Source: Frankiales bacterium (GTDB lineage Bacteria; Actinomycetota; Actinomycetes; Mycobacteriales; SCTD01). From it: a DNA stretch of 64,000 nucleotides. Location: contig JAODND010000036.1 of assembly GCA_025465465.1 (NCBI GenBank), positions 5,145-69,144 on the forward strand. Direction: 5' to 3'. The notes under the pieces are model-generated. The model saw nothing but the letters and a program-made list of their open reading frames with translations. It ran no database searches and had not been told where the DNA came from. Shown here in pieces: positions 36,149 to 44,588 of this stretch (the stretch's first letter is position 1; each line of letters begins with the position of its first letter). Both the position numbers and the translations under genes were made by a program.

Positions 36149-37699
36149 TCACCCGACCAGCACCCCCGGGTTCATGACGCCTGCCGGGTCGACCGCGGCC
36201 TTCGCGCCGGCGAGCGCGGCCGCGAACGGGTCGGGTCGCTGACGGTCGTACCAAGGACGGTGGTCGCGACCGACCGCGTGGTGGTGGGTGATGGTGCCGC
36301 CGCCGGCCATGATGGCCTCGGCCGCCGCCGCTTTCACCTCGTCCCACTGCGCCACCTCGCTGCCCCGGCGGGCGGGTGCGACCACCGTGAAGTAGGGCGC
36401 AGCGCCGTCAGGATAGGCGTGGGTGAAGCGGCACCCGACCGACCCCGCACCACAGATCCTGCGGAGAGCGTCCTCGGTGGTCGCGGTGACGTCGGCGACG
36501 AACGCGGGCAGGCGGTCCCACGTGATCGCGGTCTCGAACGTCTCGACCAGGATCCCCAGCAGCACCAGGCCTTCCCGCAGATACGGCGCCCGGACGAACG
36601 TCGACCGCCAGGCCTCGCCGGCCTCACCGCGGCTGCCCTGCTCGACGATCTCGAGCCCGACCGACCTGCAGATCTCCAGCACCGTCGCCGTCTCGAGGTC
36701 GAGCGGCCCGCGCAGCGACTCGAGCCCCAGCACCAGGACCGCCTCACCGGTCTGCCGGGTGCCCGACAGCCTGGCCTCGACCGGGTCCAGCAGCCGGCAG
36801 GCCGCTGGCCTCAGCCCGCTCTGCGTGATGGCCTGGACGCCTGCCACACCCTGGTCCCAGGTCCCGACCGCCGACGCCGCCCAGCGGTGGACGGGTCGCG
36901 GCTGCGCTCGCAGCCACGCCTCGGTGATGACGCCGAGCGCGCCTTCGCTGCCGAGCAGCATCCGGTCGGGCGACGGGCCGGCACCTGACCCCGGCAGCCG
37001 CCGCGATTCCCAGACCCCGCTCGGCGTGACCGCGCGCACCGACTCGACGAGGTCGTCGATGTGCGTCGGTCCCGTCGAGAAGTGGCCCGCCGCCCGCGTG
37101 GCCACCCAGCCGCCCACGGTGGACCGTTCGAAGCTCTGGGGGTAGAACCGCAACGTCAGCCCGTGCGGCTTGAGCGACGCCTCGGCGGCAGGTCCGAAGG
37201 TGCCGGCCCGCAGTCGCACCCCGCGCGACGCGACGTCGACCTCGACGAGCCCTTCGAGCCGCGACAGGTCGAGGCTCACGGCGACGTCCAGGCCACGGGG
37301 CTCGACGCCGCCGACCACCGAGCTGCCGCCGCCGAACGGCACCACCGCCACACCCGCGGACGAGGCCCAGTCGAGCACGTCGACGACGTCCCGCTCGGAA
37401 GCCGGCCGGACGACCACGTCGGGGACGTCGGTGAGCTGCCCCCGCAGACCCCGGACCAGGTCGCGGTAGGCCCGCCCGATGCCGTGCCGTGCCCGGTCGA
37501 CCGGATCGACGGACCCCAGGGCGGCCAGTGAGGTCGGCAGCGTGCAGCGGGGCTCCCGCAGCTCGGGCAGGACCGCCGGCGTCTCCGGTGGTTGCGGCTC
37601 GATGCCGGTGCTCGCGGCGACGATCGGGGCAAGGGCCTCGAGATCGGCTGCCTTCGGGGCGGCCTCGGGTGAACCCCAGCCCCAGACGGCGTAGCTCAT
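36149..37699 (-). CDS. FAD-binding oxidoreductase (FAD-linked oxidase, alkyl-DHAP-synthase/GlcD-like)
   Basis: 516 aa with an FAD_binding_4-like region (VVPFGGGSSVVGG) and a C-terminal FAD-oxidase_C-like region ending in ITHHHAVGRDH. Confidence 0.8.
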   Translation of the reverse strand: MSYAVWGWGSPEAAPKAADLEALAPIVAASTGIEPQPPETPAVLPELREPRCTLPTSLAALGSVDPVDRARHGIGRAYRDLVRGLRGQLTDVPDVVVRPASERDVVDVLDWASSAGVAVVPFGGGSSVVGGVEPRGLDVAVSLDLSRLEGLVEVDVASRGVRLRAGTFGPAAEASLKPHGLTLRFYPQSFERSTVGGWVATRAAGHFSTGPTHIDDLVESVRAVTPSGVWESRRLPGSGAGPSPDRMLLGSEGALGVITEAWLRAQPRPVHRWAASAVGTWDQGVAGVQAITQSGLRPAACRLLDPVEARLSGTRQTGEAVLVLGLESLRGPLDLETATVLEICRSVGLEIVEQGSRGEAGEAWRSTFVRAPYLREGLVLLGILVETFETAITWDRLPAFVADVTATTEDALRRICGAGSVGCRFTHAYPDGAAPYFTVVAPARRGSEVAQWDEVKAAAAEAIMAGGGTITHHHAVGRDHRPWYDRQRPDPFAAALAGAKAAVDPAGVMNPGVLVG

Positions 37700-38295
37700 G
37701 GGGCCAGCACCGTGACCGACAGCCGGCTGCGCACGGCGGCACCCGCGAGCCGGCTGGCCACCTCGGGCGTCGCGGCCAGCACGACGAGCGCGCCGTCGGT
37801 GTCATCCGCTGGGGGGACGGCCAGCACGCGCAGGTCCGCAGCGATGGTCCTTGCCACGGCCGACCCGGCTGCCTCCGCGGGCGTCGCGAGCACGTCGACC
37901 CGGTCGCCGGCATGCAGCAGCGCGGCCGTTGCGGGGTCGGCCAGCCGCACGGGAGCAGCGACCATCCCGGCGTCGCTCACCAGCCCTGCCCCGAGCAGCC
38001 GGACATCGGTCAGGGGCTCGCCTCGCCGTACCCGGCCGGCGACGGCCTGGCCGACAACCTGACCCGCCGACGTCAGGACCCCTTGCGGTGCAAGGGATCT
38101 CGGCACGCTCAGCAGGATGACATCGGAGCCGGTGAGCCGGACACCGGGTCCCAGGTCGTGAGCCGCCGCGAGCACCTGGACGGTGGCCGGCGGGGTCGGG
38201 GCGAGGGTCGGCAGGGCGACGGCCACGGCCGCAGCGACCAGGCCGCCGGCCAGCAGCCCGCGGTGTCGTCGTACGGCTCGGGAGAGATCCTTCAC
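37696..38295 (-). CDS. SAF-domain protein (CpaB/RcpC-like)
   Basis: GTG at 38295 overlaps the upstream stop (GTGA). It has an N-terminal TM helix and then a SAF-like segment (VLAAAHDLGPGVRLTGSDV...RVRRGEPLTDVRL). Its stop overlaps the next gene's ATG. Confidence 0.65.
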   Translation of the reverse strand: MKDLSRAVRRHRGLLAGGLVAAAVAVALPTLAPTPPATVQVLAAAHDLGPGVRLTGSDVILLSVPRSLAPQGVLTSAGQVVGQAVAGRVRRGEPLTDVRLLGAGLVSDAGMVAAPVRLADPATAALLHAGDRVDVLATPAEAAGSAVARTIAADLRVLAVPPADDTDGALVVLAATPEVASRLAGAAVRSRLSVTVLAP

Positions 38296-39092
38296 GGCAG
38301 GTCCAGGTCGTGGTCGCAGCTGCACGTGCGCTGTGTGGGCAGGGCCGCGACGATGCCATGGAGCAGCTCGCGGAGGGCTGCGGTCTTCTCGCCGAAGACC
38401 TTGAAGACCTCCTCCTGCGACACCTCGACGCCACCGTGGACACCCGCGTCGAGGTCGGTGATGAGAGCGATCGCGGTGTAGCAGAGCTTGAGCTCGCGGG
38501 CGAGGACCGCCTCCGGGTGGCCGGTCATGTTGATCACCGACCAGCCCTGCTTCGCGTAGTGCTCCGACTCTGCCCGGCTGCTGAAGCGCGGACCGTCGAT
38601 GACGACCATCGTGCCGCCGTCGCCGACCGGCCAGCCGGCGTCGCGGGCCGTGCCGACGGTGGCCGTCCGGCCGCTCGGGCAGTAGGGCTCAGCGAACGAC
38701 ACGTGAACAGGACCGCGCCCGGTCCAGTCGTCGTGGAAGGTCTGCGACCGGCCGCTGGTGCGGTCGACGAGCTGGTCCGGCACGACGAGGTCACCGGGGG
38801 ACTGGGTGGGCTGCAGCCCACCGACGGCGCACGGGGCGAGCACCTGGCGGACGCCTGCGGTGCGCAACGCCCAGAGGTTCGCGCGGTAGGGGATGCGGTG
38901 CGGCGGATAGCGGTGGTCGCGGCCGTGCCGCGGCAGGAACGCGACGCGACGGCCGGCGACGGTACCGACCACGAGCGGGTCGGACGGTGGGCCGTAGGGG
39001 GTGTCGAGCTCGATCTCCTCCGCGTCCTCGAGGAACGCGTAGAGGCCGGAGCCCCCGATGACGCCGATCTCCGCCGCTGCCATGCAGGGCAA
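38292..39092 (-). CDS. mtnP: S-methyl-5'-thioadenosine phosphorylase
   Basis: It reads IGVIGGSGLY...FLPRHGRDHRYPPHRIPYRANLWAL...INMTGHPEA. The start is ATG 39092 or ATG 39083. Confidence 0.9.
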   Translation of the reverse strand: MPCMAAAEIGVIGGSGLYAFLEDAEEIELDTPYGPPSDPLVVGTVAGRRVAFLPRHGRDHRYPPHRIPYRANLWALRTAGVRQVLAPCAVGGLQPTQSPGDLVVPDQLVDRTSGRSQTFHDDWTGRGPVHVSFAEPYCPSGRTATVGTARDAGWPVGDGGTMVVIDGPRFSSRAESEHYAKQGWSVINMTGHPEAVLARELKLCYTAIALITDLDAGVHGGVEVSQEEVFKVFGEKTAALRELLHGIVAALPTQRTCSCDHDLDLP

Positions 39093-39116
39093 CCTAGGGG
39101 CGGCGGGCCCCGCGGG

Positions 39117-39437
39117 TCAGGCGGCGGGGGTGCTGGTTGTGGACGAGCTGCTCTCGCTCTTGGCCGGGGCGGGCGCGCTCTTGGTGTCGCTCTTGGCGTC
39201 GCCCTTGGCGTCGCCCTTGGTCTCGCTCTTGGTGGGGGCCGATTCTGTCTTCTTGCTGCGGCTGTCGGTCTTGTAGAACCCGGACCCCTTGAAGACGACG
39301 CCGACCGCGGAGAACACCTTGCGCAGCTGACCGCCGCAGACGGGGCACTCGGTGAGCGACGGGTCGCTGAAGGACTGCACCGCCTCGAGCTGCTCGCCGC
39401 ACTCCGTGCAGGCGTACTGGTACGTCGGCACGCTCAT
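39117..39437 (-). CDS. FmdB-family zinc-ribbon protein with disordered Ser/Lys-rich tail (M. tuberculosis Rv0991c/Ruc-like)
   Basis: ATG at 39437 with GGAGGA upstream. The sequence is MSVPTYQYACTECGEQLEAVQSF..CPVCGGQLRKVFSAVGVVFKGSGFY, then a low-complexity tail with KGDA repeats. Confidence 0.85.
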   Translation of the reverse strand: MSVPTYQYACTECGEQLEAVQSFSDPSLTECPVCGGQLRKVFSAVGVVFKGSGFYKTDSRSKKTESAPTKSETKGDAKGDAKSDTKSAPAPAKSESSSSTTSTPAA

Positions 39438-39444
39438 TCCTCCT

Positions 39445-39467
39445 GGCACTCACACCTGTCGAGTGCC
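39445..39467 (-). promoter_or_regulatory. 7-bp stem hairpin (GGCACTC-N9-GAGTGCC) in the leader of the zinc-ribbon gene
   Basis: This perfect inverted repeat lies immediately 5' of the Shine-Dalgarno sequence on the mRNA strand. Confidence 0.3.
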
Positions 39468-39519
39468 AATTGTGCGGTACGACGCCCCGCCTGGGCAAAC
39501 AACCTCCGGAAACGGAAGC

Positions 39520-39978
39520 ATGGGTATTTCTCAGGCATTTGCGGGCAAGGTCGCTGCCATGAGCGCACCGACCACCACTGCCCCGGTCACGACCACCCCG
39601 ACGCGCGACCCGGTGTTCCCCGCCCTCACCGGGCTGATCGCGCTGGTCGTCCTGCTCCAGTTCGTCTTCGCGGGCCTCTTCCTCAGGTTCGACGGCAAGC
39701 GGGACGCGTCCACGACCTGGATCGACGCGCATGCCAACGGTGCCCACGTCGCCACGGTGCTCGCGTTCCTCGCGGCGGTCTACGCGATCGTCCGGCTGCG
39801 AGCCCGCAAGGACCTCCTGATCGGCAGCATCGTGCTGTTCGTCCTGTTCCTCGCGGAGTCCTACATCGGCGGCGCCATCCGCGACGACGGCAAGGACAGC
39901 TGGACGGCGATCCACATCCCGATCGCGTTCCTGCTGACGGGTCTCGTCGTCTGGCTGCCGCTGCGCTCCCGGAAATAG
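39520..39978 (+). CDS. four-TM membrane protein of unknown function
   Basis: The in-frame ATG at 39520 (or 39559) precedes four hydrophobic helices. The upstream part of the 208-aa track ORF overlaps the divergent gene. Confidence 0.5.
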   Translation: MGISQAFAGKVAAMSAPTTTAPVTTTPTRDPVFPALTGLIALVVLLQFVFAGLFLRFDGKRDASTTWIDAHANGAHVATVLAFLAAVYAIVRLRARKDLLIGSIVLFVLFLAESYIGGAIRDDGKDSWTAIHIPIAFLLTGLVVWLPLRSRK

Positions 39979-40034
39979 TTGAGAGTTCAACCAGGTTGTG
40001 GCACAGTAACACCGTCACCACCTGGGAGCCCACC

Positions 40035-40553
40035 ATGGCGATCCATCGCCTGAACCACGCCGTCCTCTACGTCTCCGACGTCGACCGCGCTGTCGCCTTC
40101 TATCGCGACGTCCTCGGCTTCCGGACCAAGCAGGCCTTCCCCGGCGCCGCGTTCCTGCAGGCTCCGGGCTCGACGAACGACCACGACCTGGGCCTGTTCC
40201 AGGTCGGGGGCGCGCCCAAGCAGCAGGGCGGCTCCCCCGGGCCTGGGCTCTATCACCTGGCCTGGGAGGTCGAGACCCTCAACGACCTCGAGGACCACCT
40301 CCACAAGCTCGCCGACGCCGGCGCGCTCGTGGGCATGAGCGACCACGGCACCACCAAGTCGCTCTACGCCAAGGACCCGGACGGGATCGAGATGGAGATC
40401 GTCTGGTTGATCCCCGCGCACCTGCTGACCGGTGACGAGGGCGACGGTGACCCCCGTCCCAAGCCGCTCGACCTCGCCAAGGAGAAGGCGCGCTACGGCG
40501 GCGACACCCGGGGTGGCCTCGGCATCTCGATCCCGGTCGGTGTAAGTCTGTAG
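40035..40553 (+). CDS. VOC family protein (glyoxalase/extradiol dioxygenase-like)
   Basis: ATG at 40035 gives MAIHRLNHAVLYVSDVDRAVAFYRDVLGF...LYHLAWEV...DPDGIEMEI. The preceding 575 codons of the track ORF are shadow sequence. Confidence 0.8.
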   Translation: MAIHRLNHAVLYVSDVDRAVAFYRDVLGFRTKQAFPGAAFLQAPGSTNDHDLGLFQVGGAPKQQGGSPGPGLYHLAWEVETLNDLEDHLHKLADAGALVGMSDHGTTKSLYAKDPDGIEMEIVWLIPAHLLTGDEGDGDPRPKPLDLAKEKARYGGDTRGGLGISIPVGVSL

Positions 40554-40556
40554 GTC

Positions 40557-41618
40557 ATGGCCTGGGACCTGCTCGTCGACCGCTCCGACCTCACCCGCAC
40601 CTCGATCGTGGAGGTGCCTGAGCCGGACCTCACCGACGGGCAGGTCCTCCTCAAGGTCGACCGCGTCGGGATGACGGCCAACAACGTCACATACGCGGTG
40701 TTCGGCGACGCGATGCACTACTGGGACTTCTTCCCGGCTGCGGACGGCATGGGGCGCGTGCCGCTCTGGGGCTTCGCCGAGGTCGCGGTCTCGAAGGCCG
40801 ACGGCGTTGACGTGGGCACCCGGCTCTACGGCTATCTGCCGACCTCGAGCCACCTGGTCGTCGAGCCGACGAAGGTCGACGCGAAGGGCTTCCGGGACGC
40901 GAGCGCGCACCGGCAGCACCTGCCCTCGCCGTACAACGGCTTGACGACGACCACGCACGACCCGGCGTACGTGGCCGTGCAGGAGGACCTGCAGGTCCTC
41001 TACCGCCCGCTGTTCATGACGAGCTTCATGCTGGCCGACTTCCTCACCGACAACGGGTGCTTCGGTGCCGACACAGCCGTCATCAGCAGTGCGTCGAGCA
41101 AGACGTCCTACGGGACCGCCTTCCTGCTCGACGGCATCCACCGCGTCGGCCTGACATCGCCTGGGAACAAGGCGTTCACGGAGTCACTCGGCTGCTACGA
41201 CGAGGTGGTCACGTATGACGAGGTGACCTCGCTGCCCGCCTCGAAGGCGCTGTACGTCGACGTCGCCGGCAACGCGGCTCTCCGGCGGGCGGTGCACGAG
41301 CACCTGACGCCGCTGCACTCCGCCGTCGTGGGGGCCGCCCACCACGACGCGGAGCCCGACCTCGGCGGCACGCAGGGGCTGCCCGGCGGACGGCCGACGT
41401 TCTTCTTCGCGCCGGACCAGATGCGCAAGCGATACGCCGACTGGGGACCGGATGGCGTCGAAGCCAAGCACGCCGAGGCATGGGCCCGCTTCGCGCCCGT
41501 CGTCGAGGGCTGGGTCGACATCGTGCTCGGTGTGGGTCCCGAGGCCCTGCAGGCCGACTGGCTCGAGACGCTGGCGGGCGAGACGTCCCCGCGCACCGGC
41601 CACGTCGTGCAGCTCTAG
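40557..41618 (+). CDS. DUF2855 family protein
   Basis: 353 aa. It reads ...LLKVDRVGMTANNVTYAVFGDAMHYWDFFPA...WGFAEV..., as I remember for DUF2855. Confidence 0.75.
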   Translation: MAWDLLVDRSDLTRTSIVEVPEPDLTDGQVLLKVDRVGMTANNVTYAVFGDAMHYWDFFPAADGMGRVPLWGFAEVAVSKADGVDVGTRLYGYLPTSSHLVVEPTKVDAKGFRDASAHRQHLPSPYNGLTTTTHDPAYVAVQEDLQVLYRPLFMTSFMLADFLTDNGCFGADTAVISSASSKTSYGTAFLLDGIHRVGLTSPGNKAFTESLGCYDEVVTYDEVTSLPASKALYVDVAGNAALRRAVHEHLTPLHSAVVGAAHHDAEPDLGGTQGLPGGRPTFFFAPDQMRKRYADWGPDGVEAKHAEAWARFAPVVEGWVDIVLGVGPEALQADWLETLAGETSPRTGHVVQL

Positions 41619-42109
41619 TAGACCTCGCGCAGGCGGCCGGTGCGGACGTCGAGCAGGAAGCCCCCCGCCTCGACCGACGTCGGCAGGTACGGCGAGCTGC
41701 GCACCCTCTGCACGTCGCTCTTCAGGCTCACGAGCTGGTCGTCCATCGTCTGGAACAGCAGCGAACGGGTGTCGACGCCGGACCGCGCGAGGATCTCCTG
41801 GTGCACCTCGTCGTCGGTGACCGAGGCCATCTTGCACTCGGTGTGCTCGACCACGAGGACCCGCTCGACCCCGAGCAGATGGGTGGCGAGCACGAGCGTT
41901 CGCAGCACGTCATCGGTGACCCGCCCGCCGGCATTGCGCAGGATCTTCGCCTCTCCCGGCTTGAGGCCGAGCATGCGCAGCGGGTCGATCCGCGAGTCCA
42001 TGCACGTGACGACGGCCAGGCCCTTGGTGGCTCGGCCCTCCAGGCCGGTGTCGACGAAGTCGGCTGCGTAGGCCTCGTTGCTGGCGAGGACGTCATCGAA
42101 GGCACCCAT
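41615..42109 (-). CDS. beta-class carbonic anhydrase
   Basis: 164 aa with VVTCMDSRI and VVEHTECK zinc-ligand motifs (CanA/Rv1284-like). Confidence 0.9.
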   Translation of the reverse strand: MGAFDDVLASNEAYAADFVDTGLEGRATKGLAVVTCMDSRIDPLRMLGLKPGEAKILRNAGGRVTDDVLRTLVLATHLLGVERVLVVEHTECKMASVTDDEVHQEILARSGVDTRSLLFQTMDDQLVSLKSDVQRVRSSPYLPTSVEAGGFLLDVRTGRLREVY

Positions 42110-42111
42110 GG

Positions 42112-42627
42112 CTACATCTTCTCGGGAAGCCTGGTGACGCCGGACGAGGGGGTGGCGACGGCGCCGATCCGGATGTCGTGCGGCTCGCTCGGCAGCTGGT
42201 CCACGAGCTCGTGGTCGTGGACCAGGGCCACGGTCAGTGCGTCCGTCCTCGGCAGGGCGCGGTCATAGCAACCGCCGCCCTTGCCCAGCCGGGCACCATC
42301 GCGTGCCACGAGCAGCGCGGGGACGATCACCAGGTCGCAGGAGGCCAGCGCCTCGCGACCGAGCAGCGGCCCTGTCGGCTCCTGCAGGCCGCGTCGCGTC
42401 GCGAGGCGCCCGTCGTACTCGCTCCAGTCCAGGTCCCAGTCGTCGGTGACCACCGGGAGCAGCCAGCCCGGCCGGACCGTGAGGCGCGGTTCCGTCCCCA
42501 CAGGGAGGTATGCGGCCACCCGCCGCGCGCCGACGAGGAGCTCCGCAAGGACGTCGTCGAGCAGTGCAGGCGCCATGCCGTCGCGACGTGCCTGAGCCTG
42601 TGAACGCAGCACGGCTTTTGTCTCCAT
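42112..42627 (-). CDS. 5-formyltetrahydrofolate cyclo-ligase
   Basis: ATG at 42627 (METKAVLRSQAQARR...). It has ...LGKGGGCYDR..., the family motif. There is a 2-nt gap to the carbonic anhydrase gene. Confidence 0.8.
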   Translation of the reverse strand: METKAVLRSQAQARRDGMAPALLDDVLAELLVGARRVAAYLPVGTEPRLTVRPGWLLPVVTDDWDLDWSEYDGRLATRRGLQEPTGPLLGREALASCDLVIVPALLVARDGARLGKGGGCYDRALPRTDALTVALVHDHELVDQLPSEPHDIRIGAVATPSSGVTRLPEKM

Positions 42628-42668
42628 CGTGGGAGGATGGCAGGCCGCTGGCACAGGAGGGGGTACAG

Positions 42669-44579
42669 GTGACGCTGCGCTGGCGACTCACGATCGCCTT
42701 CGTGCTCGTGGTCGTCGTGCCCTTGGTCGTCGGCGCCGGGATCGTCTCGCGCGCGCTTCCACGCGAGGTGCAGGCGGCTCAGCGCGACGGTGCTCTGGAG
42801 TCCAGCCGGCTCGTCGCGCAGGTCGTCCGCGACTACTGCGACCGGGCCCGCGCCACCGCCGAGGCGGCCGGCCGGGCGGCGACGTCGACGACGCGTGCGG
42901 GTCGCACTCAGGCGATCTCGTCGCTCGTCGACCGGGGTCTCGCGGACGGCGTGCAGGTGACCGACCCGCGAGGGCGGGTGGTGGCGACCTCGGGATCCCT
43001 GCCGGCCTCGCCCACCGACTGCTCCCGGGCCAACCGCAGTGGCATGTTCCTGTCGGCCGTCATGCCGCTGACGACCGCCTCCGGCAAGCCGGCCGGACAG
43101 GCCGTCGCCGCCTTCGTGGTCGCAGGCTCGCTGCTCGACGCGGTCCGTGCCGCGGTCCGTGACGGCGAGGTCGTCCTCGTCGACGCCAGCGGCGCTGTCG
43201 TCGCCGTCACCAGCGTCATCCCGTCGGCAGTCGTGCGCGCGGCATCGACGCGGCCGGCGCACCACGGCTGGGTCACCGGCTTCACCCCGCCGTCCACCGG
43301 GCAGCCGTTCGGGGTCGTCGTGCTGCTTCCGGCGGCGCACGGGCCGGGCATCCTGCTCGACGCCACCCTCGTCCTGCTCCTCGCCATCGCCCTGGCCGTC
43401 GTGATCGCGGTCCTGTCGGCTCGGGCGACGACGCGACCGCTGGAACAGCTCGGCGACGCCGCCGCCCGCATCGCGAGCGGCGACCTGTCGACCGCGATCG
43501 AGGTGACCTCCAAGGACGAGGTCGGTCGGCTGGCCACGGCGTTCAACGTCATGACCGACGAGCTCCGGTCCTACGTCGGTCAGCTCGAGGCCAGCCGTGA
43601 CGAGCTGCAGTCCGGTCTCGCCCGACTCGGCGACACGCTGTCCAGCACCCACGACCTCGACCGCATCCTGCATGTCGTCCTCGAGTCAGCGGTCGCCTCG
43701 ACCAGCGCGACCTCGGGCATGGTGCTGCTGCTCACACCGTCGCGAGACGACCTCGTCATGGCCGCGTCCAAGGGCCTCGACGTCCCTCTCGACCTGCGGA
43801 TCAAGGTCGGCGAGGGCATCAGCGGACGGGTCGCTCTCACGGGCGACGCCGTCAACGGGGTCGTCGAGGAGGGCAGCGATGGTGAGCTCAGCGGGGCCCA
43901 CGTCATCGCCGTGCCGCTGAAGTCCAGCGGCACCGTGATCGGCGTACTGGACCTGTTCGGCACAGCCGCGTTCGACGACATCGACCTCGCGACCATCCGC
44001 ACCTTCGCGAGCCAGGCGACCGTTGCGGTCGACAACGTGCTGCTGCACGAAGAGGCCCAGCGGCTGTCCATCACCGACGGGCTGACGGGGCTCTGGAACT
44101 ACCGCTACTTCACGATGACGGTGGCGAAGGAGATCGAGAGGGCCGCCCGGTTCTCCCGGCCGCTCGCACTGCTCATGCTCGACCTCGACCACTTCAAGGG
44201 CGTCAACGACAGCTTCGGCCACCAGCGCGGCGACGCGGTGCTCGTCGAGCTGGCCGCCCGGATCCGTGCCGAGGTGCGCGACGTCGACACGGTGGCCCGC
44301 TATGGCGGGGAGGAGATCGTCGTGATCCTGCCCGAGACCGACGCGGACGGTGCCGGGCAGCTCGCCGAGCGGATCTGCGTCGCCGTCCGTCGCAGGCCGT
44401 TCGGACAGCCCGGGGTGCCCCCGGTCCACCTCACGGTCAGCGCCGGAGGAGCGGTGTTTCCGGCACACGCGCTGTCGGCGAGCGCGCTGCTGGCGGAGGC
44501 CGACAAGGCCCTGTACGCGGCGAAGCACGCCGGCCGGGACACCTGGCGGATCGCGAACGGCAGCGAGGTGCCCCACTAG
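42669..44579 (+). CDS. membrane-bound diguanylate cyclase (extracytoplasmic sensor - TM - HAMP - GAF - GGDEF)
   Basis: GTG at 42669. It has two TM segments flanking a ~250-aa extracytoplasmic region, a HAMP (RPLEQLGDAAARIASGDLS), a GAF, and a GGDEF domain with active site GGEEI and an RxxD I-site (RDVD) five residues upstream. Confidence 0.9.
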   Translation: MTLRWRLTIAFVLVVVVPLVVGAGIVSRALPREVQAAQRDGALESSRLVAQVVRDYCDRARATAEAAGRAATSTTRAGRTQAISSLVDRGLADGVQVTDPRGRVVATSGSLPASPTDCSRANRSGMFLSAVMPLTTASGKPAGQAVAAFVVAGSLLDAVRAAVRDGEVVLVDASGAVVAVTSVIPSAVVRAASTRPAHHGWVTGFTPPSTGQPFGVVVLLPAAHGPGILLDATLVLLLAIALAVVIAVLSARATTRPLEQLGDAAARIASGDLSTAIEVTSKDEVGRLATAFNVMTDELRSYVGQLEASRDELQSGLARLGDTLSSTHDLDRILHVVLESAVASTSATSGMVLLLTPSRDDLVMAASKGLDVPLDLRIKVGEGISGRVALTGDAVNGVVEEGSDGELSGAHVIAVPLKSSGTVIGVLDLFGTAAFDDIDLATIRTFASQATVAVDNVLLHEEAQRLSITDGLTGLWNYRYFTMTVAKEIERAARFSRPLALLMLDLDHFKGVNDSFGHQRGDAVLVELAARIRAEVRDVDTVARYGGEEIVVILPETDADGAGQLAERICVAVRRRPFGQPGVPPVHLTVSAGGAVFPAHALSASALLAEADKALYAAKHAGRDTWRIANGSEVPH

Positions 44580-44588
44580 GTTGGTGGC

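Noticed and set aside
38310-40034. The first 575 codons of the 747-aa plus-strand ORF 38310..40553. There are similar oversized 5' extensions in 5032..8187, 24943..26892, 26049..27485, 45316..47286, 49083..51848, 49590..51542 and 56200..59283.
   Set aside because: Only the distal parts match protein families. The extensions run antisense through well-supported genes and have shadow-frame composition, so I trimmed to internal start codons that fit operon junctions.
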